From positions 71,479 to 114,312 of the forward strand of contig JACOZJ010000004.1 of assembly GCA_016181405.1 (NCBI GenBank): a stretch of 42,834 bases of DNA, written 5' to 3'. Below, in pieces: positions 1-9,208 of the stretch (its first letter is position 1; each line of letters opens with the position of its first letter). The notes beneath the pieces were generated by a model. The model was given only the letters and a program-made list of their open reading frames with translations. It was not told the origin of the DNA and did no database searches. The position numbers and the translations under genes are program-made. The stretch comes from Candidatus Wildermuthbacteria bacterium. Its GTDB lineage: Bacteria; Patescibacteriota; Minisyncoccia; Minisyncoccales; UBA10102.

Positions 1-1
1 G

Positions 2-1534
<1,533 letters not shown>

Positions 1535-1563
<29 letters not shown>

Positions 1564-3100
1564 AGTCCCGTCCATATTGGTATTTGATTTTGGCTCGCAA
1601 TATTCGCAGCTTATCGCACGACGCTTGAGAAACTTTGGCGTGCAAGCGCACCTTGTGCCTTACACCTATCCCTTAGCAAAGGTTGGCGAGGCAAAAGGGA
1701 TCATTCTTTCCGGCGGCCCCAATTCAGTATACGAAAAGGGCGCTGCAACCATGTCCAAAAAGATTCTCGAACTCGGCATACCCATTTTGGGCATCTGCTA
1801 CGGAATGCAACTACTAACGCATCTTGAAGGCGGTAAGGTACAACGATCTTCCAAAAAAGAATATGGCCCAGCCACTCTTCAGCTCACGGCGAAGAGCAAA
1901 CTTTTTCAAGGACTTCCTCTCTCTTTTTCCGTGTGGATGTCGCACGGAGATCAAGTAGCGCAACTGCCTAAAGGATTTGCACAGACGGCATCGAGCCCCA
2001 ACTCCCCAAACGCTGCCATTGAAGATACAAAGCGAAAACTCTATGGCATTCAGTTTCACCCGGAAGTGGAGCACACCCAACACGGAAAGGAAATCTTGCA
2101 AAATTTCGTATTCGGTATCTGCAAATGCGAGAAACGAAACGAAATTGACAACCTCATCGAGAAAAAAATAGAGGAGATCCGAACCATCGTGGGAAAAGAG
2201 CGCGTTATCTGCGCCACATCAGGAGGCGTTGATTCTTCGGTGGTTGCGGCTCTGGTCGCCAGAGCAATTGGTAATCAGCTCATCTGCATATTCGTAAATT
2301 CAGGCACACTAAGGAAAGGGGAAACGCACGAGGCGCGAAAACTTTTACAAGACACCTTGCGCCTCAAGGTAAAATATGTGAACGCGGAAGCCCAATTCCT
2401 GCGGGCCTTGAAAGGAGTGTCGTATGGAGAAACAAAAAGAAAAATCATTGGCAGGGAATTTATCCGCGTATTTGATAAATCGGCAAGGGGGATCAAACCT
2501 GCTCCCTCTTTTCTCGCGCAAGGCACCATTCATTCAGACGTGGTGGAATCTGCCAGAACAGACACAGGCAAAAAAACGCAAACTATAAAATCTCACCATA
2601 ACGTGGCGGGATTGCCCAAAAAACTTCGGCTTCGGCTTTTGGAGCCTTTGCGTGATTTGTTTAAAGACGAGGTTCGCCAGCTCGGCTTAGCCCTCGGCTT
2701 GCCAGAATACGCCGTGTGGCGCCAGCCGTTTCCCGGACCGGGCTTAGCCATACGCGTGGTGGGCGAGGTTACCAAACAAAAGCTCGATATTCTGCGCGAA
2801 GCAGATGCCATTGTGCGGGAGGAAATCGAAAACGCGGGGCTTAGCCGCGACTTTTATCAATACTTTGCCATTCTCTTGAATGATAAAACAGTAGGGGTAA
2901 GGGGAGACCAGCGCGCCTATGCCTATCCTGTCGTGGTAAAAGCAGTCGTAAGCTCAGATATTATGACATCTGACTGGGCGCGCCTACCCTATGACCTTTT
3001 GTCCCACCTCTCTTGGCGCATTACTTCGGAAGTGCCACAAATCACCCGCGTTTTGTACGACATCACACCAAAACCTCCCGGTACAACCGAGTGGGAATAG
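1535..3100 (+). CDS. guaA: GMP synthase (glutamine-hydrolysing)
   Basis: DFGSQY, GICYGMQ, QFHPEV, SGGVDS, IKSHHNV, PFPGPGL and C-terminal KPPGTTEWE; start moved to ATG 1535. Confidence 0.97.
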
Positions 3101-3130
3101 CATCTAAAATAAAAGGGCAAACCAAAATGG

Positions 3131-3517
3131 TTAGCCCTCTCCCGAATGGACTTGCTCATCACTCTTCTGCTTTGGGTGACGCTCAAGTACCACAGCGATT
3201 GCGTCTGGTGCAGAACGTATGAGAATACTGCTGCCCCCACTAGTGTCCCAAGCAGGGCAGCAGGTAATCCCGCGCAACTGCTCTATTACCTCTTGCGCGG
3301 GGATACCAGAACGAAGCGCAAGGGACGCGAGCCGGGCGATCGCCTCCAGCTGCGCAGAATCGCAGCCGCCCGCTTTGCCCTGCGCAGCAAAGATCTCAAA
3401 CGGCAGACCTTGCTCGTCGAAGTTGATAGTGATGTACATGTTCCCGTGCCCTGTGCGAATCCGTTCAGTCACCCCAGAAATTCTGTCTGGCCTTTCTCGC
3501 GGTGTCCGTGTATCCAT
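3131..3517 (-). CDS. Standalone TSCPD-domain protein (paralogue of the NrdJ C-terminal domain)
   Basis: PRERP..TGHGNMYITIN..PFEIF..GKAGG..EAIARLASLALRSG aligns by eye with the C-terminal domain of NrdJ in this window; start taken at ATG 3517. Confidence 0.85.
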   Translation of the reverse strand: MDTRTPRERPDRISGVTERIRTGHGNMYITINFDEQGLPFEIFAAQGKAGGCDSAQLEAIARLASLALRSGIPAQEVIEQLRGITCCPAWDTSGGSSILIRSAPDAIAVVLERHPKQKSDEQVHSGEG

Positions 3518-3610
3518 TCTCGTCTCCGAGCAACAGAATGAGCTTACCAAAAACTTACTACCCTTTATGTAGCATATACTCGTGCTCCTCGCAACGAAAA
3601 AAACTATGAA

Positions 3611-3904
3611 CTATGGTTGAGGATTGAAACCAAGAGGGGCTTCGGGAGCTTGTGCTTCCGCGACTCTGCCAAACTTACCTTCGTATTTTTCGATGTTATC
3701 CTGCAGAGCGCGGATCATGCGCTTTACGTGTCCAGGGTTCATAATCACGCGGGAAGTAAGCGTGCCTTGCGGCGGAATTACCAAAAAGAAATCGAGTACA
3801 AATTCTTCTTGCGTGTGCGTAATCTGCATTAAGTTGGAATACTTGCCCTTGAGCTCTTCGTCGGACGCCTTAATTTGAATTTGCTGTCGTTGTTGCTGGT
3901 CCAT
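3611..3904 (-). CDS. DUF3467 family protein
   Basis: G.YSNLMQITHTQEEFVLDF...SRVIMNPGHVKRMIRALQDNIEKYE matches my recollection of the DUF3467 pattern. Confidence 0.8.
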   Translation of the reverse strand: MDQQQRQQIQIKASDEELKGKYSNLMQITHTQEEFVLDFFLVIPPQGTLTSRVIMNPGHVKRMIRALQDNIEKYEGKFGRVAEAQAPEAPLGFNPQP

Positions 3905-4433
3905 AATTGTGTTTAGCTATTAAACTTGTAGCAAACTCATATATACCAAAGAATAGGGAAACGTAAAAGAGGTCGCCGAGAATAGTGAGCTTAAAGAAGG
4001 GGAGAGCCATGTAATAGGACAAGAGAAGGCCGTCCAATGTGGGAGCGTACATTCCAGAAAACGCCCATACAGCAAAGTTCGTAGTAAGGTAAAACAGAGT
4101 AGATCCGGCAAACGTTGCTAGCGCAATCGTAGCACTCCGCCAGCCGGCAGATTTGTATTTTCGTACCAGAAATCCCATGAACCCGATTGCAAAAAAGCTG
4201 GCATACACCACTGCCATTGTTCTTGGCTCGTAAAAGCCCACAAACAGGTCTGAAACCAGCATTGCTGCCACAGGGGTAAAGAGATACCACTTTGACGTTT
4301 TGGAGGCGTACACGCCCGCGAACAGCGCTAAACCCGCAATCGGTGCAAAGTTGGGGATATGAGGCAGCAACCGCGCCACAATACTAATCCCGACGAATAC
4401 CAGTAAAAACAGAGGGAAGTATTTTTTATTCAT
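3870..4433 (-). CDS. DUF6580-type multi-pass membrane protein, putative ECF S-component-like (cobalamin?) transporter
   Basis: RLLPHIPNFAPIAGLALFAG, SDLFVGFY, FYLTTNFAVW, Y.MALPFF; about 5-6 hydrophobic segments; ATG 4433 overlaps the pduO stop. Confidence 0.75.
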   Translation of the reverse strand: MNKKYFPLFLLVFVGISIVARLLPHIPNFAPIAGLALFAGVYASKTSKWYLFTPVAAMLVSDLFVGFYEPRTMAVVYASFFAIGFMGFLVRKYKSAGWRSATIALATFAGSTLFYLTTNFAVWAFSGMYAPTLDGLLLSYYMALPFFKLTILGDLFYVSLFFGIYEFATSLIAKHNYGPATTTANSN

Positions 4434-4968
4434 AACTCGGTTTTGATTCTTTAGTGTTCGTTTTGAATACCTCAAGCCTCGCTAACGCGTATAGATAACT
4501 GGAAAGGCGATTCATATAGGCGAGGATTTCTGGCGGAAGTTCGTGGAGTTTGCCTAAAGTATCGATTTTGCGCTCCACACGGCGCGCCACCGCCCGTACG
4601 TAATCCAGTCGCGCAGCCACTGGATGCTCGCCCGGCACAATAAATCCTCGTTCTGGCTGAATTTGCTTTTCAATAGCATCAATCTCTCGTTCTAGCTCTT
4701 CAATACGTTCTTTTGCAAGTTCCTTTGCTGAGTACTCAGGAAACATAATCCAGGCCACCCGTGCCTGGATAATAAATAAAGCTTCTTGAGCGTGTTTTAA
4801 CTTCCCTCGCAGTTCTTCGTTTTCCAAGCCGCTTCGCACAACCCCAATCAAACTATTTAATTCATCCAGATCTCCCAGAGTTATAACAATGGGTGAATCT
4901 TTTGGAACTGCTGTTTTTCCAACCTGCGAAGTTCCCGCGTCTCCTTTGCCCGTATAAAATAGACCCAT
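4426..4968 (-). CDS. pduO: PduO-type ATP:cob(I)alamin adenosyltransferase
   Basis: FYTGKGDAGTS, GDLDELNSLIG, RAVARRVER, YMNRLSSYLY. Confidence 0.93.
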   Translation of the reverse strand: MGLFYTGKGDAGTSQVGKTAVPKDSPIVITLGDLDELNSLIGVVRSGLENEELRGKLKHAQEALFIIQARVAWIMFPEYSAKELAKERIEELEREIDAIEKQIQPERGFIVPGEHPVAARLDYVRAVARRVERKIDTLGKLHELPPEILAYMNRLSSYLYALARLEVFKTNTKESKPSYE

Positions 4969-4976
4969 AAATTCTC

Positions 4977-5054
4977 GCTGGGAGAGTCACCTCCGCTTCG
5001 TCCGCCACCACGACCCACGGCCAGCCCGAACTTCGCTTCGGCGACTCTCCCAGC
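4977..5054. repeat. 78-bp REP/MITE-like element with 12-bp terminal inverted repeats
   Basis: GCTGGGAGAGTC (4977-4988) and GACTCTCCCAGC (5043-5054) enclose a GC-rich interior containing CTTCG motifs; fills the nrdJ-pduO gap. Confidence 0.7.
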
Positions 5055-7466
5055 TCACATACACCTACTAAATCCGCATCCCTTGCAGCTAATGCATCCT
5101 TCTGCCATTACAAGCTGGGCACCGCAATCCGGGCACCCCGGCATAAATCCAAAATCCGCCATGGAAGGGTCTCCCTCTTTGGCAAAAGCAAATACTTCTT
5201 GTTTCTCTGGCCGTTCTAAAATATCCTCTATCTGCCTTACTCCCGTAACATGCTCCTCGAGCACCCTGCCGATGGCGTCGGGGAGAGAAAGCACCGTGCC
5301 TTTTTCCGTAAATATCGGCATTGGCCCCCGAATTCCCTTGAGGTCGCTGATCACTTCCTCCACACGAATGCCAGCCCTCATGGCAAGAGAAGAAAGTCTG
5401 CAGATTGCCTCTGATTGTTCCTGGAAAAACCCTCCGCTCTTTCCAATAGTAGCGAAGATCTCAAATGGCTTGCCGGCTTCGTCGTCGTTTATCGTAATAT
5501 ACAAGTTGCCGTACCCTGTTTTCATTCGATAGGTCTTACCCACCATTACTTCTGGCCGTTTCCGGGGGACAACTCCTTCCGAGATCTGCCCTTCGCCTTG
5601 GGCCGGAACACCCGTTTCTACTTTTGTAGAAGGGGCAGTTCCGGGTTTCTCGGTAGTAGAAACAATATTATCGCCATTGCCCACATTTAAAATCTGGATG
5701 CTGCGGCTTCCGTCGCGGTATACTGTTGCCGACTTGCATCCCAATTTCCAGGCAGAAATAAAACTCTCGCCAACATCCTCTTTTGTCGCAGAATGGGGAA
5801 AGTTTATTGTTTTGGAAATTGAATTATCCACATGGCGCTGGAACGCGGCCTGCATTTCCATATGCGCCCTCCCTGAAATGTCCATTGCCACCACAAAAGT
5901 CTCGCGAAGCTCTTTGGGAAGCCACTCAATACTCTGAATGCTTCCTTCTGCCATAACCTTTTCCATAATCTCTTTCTGCTGGACCTCCGTGAACTCGATT
6001 CTATCCAATGCTTCCTGGAAGTATTTGTTGAAATAGCGATACTGTTGGCCATCCTTATCCTGTTTGACATAGGCTAAGGCAAAGTTCGGCTCCACGCCAG
6101 AAGAGCAATCAAACATCATAGAAATAGAACCGGTGGGAGCAACCGTCGTTAAAGCAGCGTTGCGGCGTTTAATGCCTTGGTCAGGAAAAATACTCTTGTC
6201 CGAATTGGGAAATTCACCCTTCTCCCGAGCAAGCTCTTCGGACATTTTATGCGCCTCTTCGTTGATAAATCCCATAACCTTTTCTGCCGTATGGATTCCC
6301 TCTGCAGAGTCGTACCTGATACCCAATTGATACAGCATATCTCCAAACCCCATAATTCCAAGGCCAATTCTGCGGTTTTTTTGCGCCAGCTCCGTAACTT
6401 GAGGCACTGGAAAATCGAATTTGTCTATTACATTATCCATGAGACGCGCCGCTGTCCTAGTGACAAAGCGAAGGCGTTCCCAGTCTATTTCCTTGTTTGC
6501 CACGAATTTGGCAAGGTTAATTGAACCTAAATTGCAGTTGTCATACGCATGCAAAAACTGCTCCCCGCATGGATTGGAAACAGCTATTGGCCCCAAGCCA
6601 GGCAAGGGATTGGTCCGGTTAATAGTATCAATAAAAGCAATGCCAGGTTCGCCATTCAGCCACGCGTGTTCCACTAGTAGATCAAACAGCTCCCTCACAG
6701 TCATATCAACTTCCGCGGCATCGTACACGGTGCCGTTCGGGTGCCGGAGAACCTTGTGGGGTTTCATTTTTCTCCCGTTGAATTGGCAATACCACTGCGT
6801 ATCCGGATTCTCCACAAGCTGACGCATAAACTCATCTGTCACGGTTACGGAAATGTTAAAATTGCGAATTTCGCCTTCAACGGTTTTACACTCGATGAAA
6901 TCGAGCACGTCAGGATGATCTACCCGTATCATTGCCATATTCGCCCCATGCCTGCCCTGCTGCTTAATAGTGCCGAAGGCAGTGTCGTACACCTTTAAAA
7001 AGGTTACGGGGCCAGAAGCCCTGCCCCGCGATTTTTTCGTAGGGGAGTTTGCGGGACGCATTTCCGACAAATCAAACCCAAGCCCGCACCCTGCCTGCTG
7101 GAGAAGCGCCGCCTCCTTGAGGGTTTGAAAAATGCTTTCCATAGAATCCTCAATGCGAAGTACAATGCAGTTTGCGATAAGCGGAGTTTCTCCCCCCGCA
7201 TTAGTAAGAGTGCGTCCGGCCGGAGTGTACTCTTTGGACGCCATTATGGCAAAGAATTCTTTTGCGACCTGCTCTGCAGCCTCCTCATCTTTTCCATAGC
7301 CCCTCTCCACATCAGCCAAGGCGTTTGCCACTCTCTCGAACATATCAGCTGGCGTTTCCTGGTTCCCTTCGTCGTCTACCATCAAATAGCGTTTCTGCAT
7401 CATTTTAAGCGCATTTTCTGAAAACGTCCCGTTCGCCTTATCTTTAACCTCTTGAGGTACTCGCAT
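5055..7466 (-). CDS. nrdJ: Adenosylcobalamin-dependent (class II) ribonucleotide reductase with fused TSCPD domain and Cys-rich tail
   Basis: TPAGRTL, NCIV, GGCG-like AGCGLG, NPCGEQ, CNLGSINL, APTGSIS, AFQRHVDNSISKTIN and C-terminal CPDCG..CISCKGCG; no ATP cone evident. Confidence 0.95.
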   Translation of the reverse strand: MRVPQEVKDKANGTFSENALKMMQKRYLMVDDEGNQETPADMFERVANALADVERGYGKDEEAAEQVAKEFFAIMASKEYTPAGRTLTNAGGETPLIANCIVLRIEDSMESIFQTLKEAALLQQAGCGLGFDLSEMRPANSPTKKSRGRASGPVTFLKVYDTAFGTIKQQGRHGANMAMIRVDHPDVLDFIECKTVEGEIRNFNISVTVTDEFMRQLVENPDTQWYCQFNGRKMKPHKVLRHPNGTVYDAAEVDMTVRELFDLLVEHAWLNGEPGIAFIDTINRTNPLPGLGPIAVSNPCGEQFLHAYDNCNLGSINLAKFVANKEIDWERLRFVTRTAARLMDNVIDKFDFPVPQVTELAQKNRRIGLGIMGFGDMLYQLGIRYDSAEGIHTAEKVMGFINEEAHKMSEELAREKGEFPNSDKSIFPDQGIKRRNAALTTVAPTGSISMMFDCSSGVEPNFALAYVKQDKDGQQYRYFNKYFQEALDRIEFTEVQQKEIMEKVMAEGSIQSIEWLPKELRETFVVAMDISGRAHMEMQAAFQRHVDNSISKTINFPHSATKEDVGESFISAWKLGCKSATVYRDGSRSIQILNVGNGDNIVSTTEKPGTAPSTKVETGVPAQGEGQISEGVVPRKRPEVMVGKTYRMKTGYGNLYITINDDEAGKPFEIFATIGKSGGFFQEQSEAICRLSSLAMRAGIRVEEVISDLKGIRGPMPIFTEKGTVLSLPDAIGRVLEEHVTGVRQIEDILERPEKQEVFAFAKEGDPSMADFGFMPGCPDCGAQLVMAEGCISCKGCGFSRCM

Positions 7467-7495
7467 AAAGTAGAGAGTGGTATAAATTATAGTGG

Positions 7496-7948
7496 TTATG
7501 ACGCCCTTTGAAGTTTTTGGATTTCTTTTTCGAATGCTTTTGGACTTCGGAAATTTCGATACACCGAAGCGAACCGTAAATACGCAACCTTATCGAATTG
7601 CTTCAAGTGAGCAAGTGCTTTCTGGCCGATATACGAGGATTCCACAATATCTTTATTGAGGTTAAAAATATCGTTTTCGATGCTCGAAACGAGTTTTTGA
7701 AGCTGTTCTTCTGTGCAGGGACGTTTCTCGAGCGCCTTTCTTATGCCGGATTCCAGTTTGTGCCGGGAAAAGGGCTCTTTCGAGCCGTTGCGCTTTACTA
7801 CCTCAATGCCGAGGAGCTCCAAACGCTCATAGGTAGTAAAACGACGCCCACAGGAGGTACACCACCGACGCCTCTTTATTGCCCGATCGTGGTCAGCATT
7901 TCTTGAGTTCGTTACCTTAGTATCCGCTTGGCAGACAGGACAGCGCAT
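7496..7948 (-). CDS. nrdR: Transcriptional repressor NrdR
   Basis: MRCPVC, RRRWCTSCGRRFTTYER zinc ribbon, ATP cone, DKVAYLRFASVY. Confidence 0.97.
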   Translation of the reverse strand: MRCPVCQADTKVTNSRNADHDRAIKRRRWCTSCGRRFTTYERLELLGIEVVKRNGSKEPFSRHKLESGIRKALEKRPCTEEQLQKLVSSIENDIFNLNKDIVESSYIGQKALAHLKQFDKVAYLRFASVYRNFRSPKAFEKEIQKLQRAS

Positions 7949-7958
7949 AACGTAAAAC

Positions 7959-7974
7959 CGTCAATATATAGTAT
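7959..7974. promoter_or_regulatory. NrdR box overlapping the nrdR-nrdJ promoter
   Basis: cgtCAATATATAGtat matches the core of the acaCwAtATaTwGtgt consensus; overlaps -10 TATACT (7970-7975, minus strand). Confidence 0.75.
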
Positions 7975-7997
7975 AGAAAATTAGGAATTTGGTACAA
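7970..7997 (-). promoter_or_regulatory. Sigma70-type promoter for nrdR-nrdJ
   Basis: TTGTAC-N16-TATACT on the minus strand. Confidence 0.55.
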
Positions 7998-8058
7998 AGT
8001 TCGGCTAGGGTGCACTACAGATTTTATCATTCCGACAAATGCTGTCAAACAACCTTTC

Positions 8059-8067
8059 TGTGGATAA
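8059..8067 (-). promoter_or_regulatory. DnaA box
   Basis: Perfect TTATCCACA on the minus strand, upstream of the nrd promoter. Confidence 0.55.
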
Positions 8068-8104
8068 GTTCAACTGTCCCATACCACTCCTTGACCTTCC
8101 CCTC

Positions 8105-8133
8105 TTGACTTTTCCCCCGCTTTGGTGTATACT
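8105..8133 (+). promoter_or_regulatory. Sigma70-type promoter of the 3D-domain gene
   Basis: TTGACT-N17-TATACT. Confidence 0.75.
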
Positions 8134-8174
8134 GTCATAATCCCTGAAGAGGGATTTTTTAATAGGGAAATCCT

Positions 8175-8651
8175 ATGAAACACATTCAAAACGCTGTGTT
8201 AGCTGCAGTTATGATCCCCATGTTGGGGGTAACACCGGCTCTTGATACTCCTACGCAAAAAGCTGACGAAGAGCCTTCAAGTATTGAGGAAGGGTTAGCC
8301 CTTACTCAAACCAACACTCTCCTTTCCATCAGTTCTCCATCGGGCCCGACGAAGATCGCCAAAACCATGCGTCTCTATATTACCGCATACTCTTCCACAC
8401 CCGAGCAGACAGATGATACTCCGTTTACTACGGCTTCCGGAAAGCAGGTACGTGACGGAATTGTAGCGGCGAATATGTTGCCCTTTGGAACTAGAATTAA
8501 AATCCCAGAACTCTTTGGAGAAAAAATCTTCGTAGTGGAAGATCGGATGCATCCTCGAAACTATGGAAAAGTGGACATCTGGTTTCCATCTCGTGAAGAA
8601 GCAAAGATGTTCGGAGTAAAACAAGTAAGTATCGTAGTGCTCGAAAGCTAA
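8175..8651 (+). CDS. Secreted 3D (Asp-Asp-Asp) domain protein, putative lytic transglycosylase-like
   Basis: N-terminal signal-like segment; ITAYSS..QTDDTPFTTASG, GIVAANMLPFGT, VEDRM, VDIWF. Confidence 0.85.
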   Translation: MKHIQNAVLAAVMIPMLGVTPALDTPTQKADEEPSSIEEGLALTQTNTLLSISSPSGPTKIAKTMRLYITAYSSTPEQTDDTPFTTASGKQVRDGIVAANMLPFGTRIKIPELFGEKIFVVEDRMHPRNYGKVDIWFPSREEAKMFGVKQVSIVVLES

Positions 8652-8657
8652 CACACA

Positions 8658-8695
8658 CAAAACAAAAACACACCAGCTGGCGTGTTTTTGTTTTG
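8658..8695. terminator. Bidirectional intrinsic terminator between the 3D gene and tRNA-Leu
   Basis: caaaacaaaaacac...gtgtttttgttttg inverted repeat between convergent units. Confidence 0.7.
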
Positions 8696-8778
8696 GTGCC
8701 GGGAGTGGGATTCGAACCCACACGTCCTTGCGGACAAGGATTTTAAGTCCCCTGCGTATACCGTTCCGCCATCCCGGC
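8694..8778 (-). tRNA. tRNA-Leu (TAA), CCA encoded
   Basis: Cloverleaf with long variable arm; anticodon loop CT-TAA-AA; GTTCGAATC T-loop. Confidence 0.95.
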
Positions 8779-8783
8779 GAGGG

Positions 8784-8855
8784 AGGCACGGGCGGGAATC
8801 GAACCCGCGCATAAGGGTTTTGCAGACCCTTGGCGTACCACTTGCCTACCGTGCC
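8784..8855 (-). tRNA. tRNA-Cys (GCA)
   Basis: Acceptor GGCACGG pairs with CCGTGCC; loop CT-GCA-AA; U discriminator; no encoded CCA. Confidence 0.95.
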
Positions 8856-8866
8856 ATATCTTTATT

Positions 8867-9208
8867 TTACCTCTCTTTTTTAATTTGATCTAACAGCTCT
8901 TCGATTTTTTGTGCTTCTGCGGTCGCCGTTTCCGATACCCACCGAATCCGAGGAACCGGCCGCATTTTAAGGCGGCTGTTGAGCATTTGCTGTATGCTGT
9001 AGATATTTTGCTGCAAGCTCTTCAATACGTCTGGAGCATTTTTATCTGGCACTACACTAATATAAACTTTGGCTTGTTGCAAGTTGCCCGAAGCCACCAC
9101 GCGGGTAAGCGTAACCACAACTCCTTCGGGCATATCAACCTCCCGCAGGATAATTTGCCCCAGTTCCTGCTTGATGAGCTTGTTTACTTGATCGATCCGG
9201 TTCTTCAC
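8867..9208 (-). CDS. rbfA: Ribosome-binding factor A
   Basis: RIDQVNKLIKQEL, VTLTRV..S.NLQQAKVYIS, L.MRPVPRIRW; GTG start overlaps the infB stop. Confidence 0.93.
   Translation of the reverse strand: MKNRIDQVNKLIKQELGQIILREVDMPEGVVVTLTRVVASGNLQQAKVYISVVPDKNAPDVLKSLQQNIYSIQQMLNSRLKMRPVPRIRWVSETATAEAQKIEELLDQIKKER

Noticed and set aside
4969-5054. Cobalamin riboswitch before pduO or the transporter
   Set aside because: Only ~86 bp, lacks the B12-box (GCCACTG/GGGAAG) features and is explained by a 12-bp terminal IR element.
5576-5610. Third copy of the tig/nusA element in the NrdJ linker (PAQGEGQISEG)
   Set aside because: Only short motifs (GCCCAA, GAAGG) match, with no terminal IR; not supportable by eye.
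8295-8789. 164-aa minus-strand ORF
   Set aside because: Antisense to the 3D gene and running through tRNA-Leu; shadow ORF.
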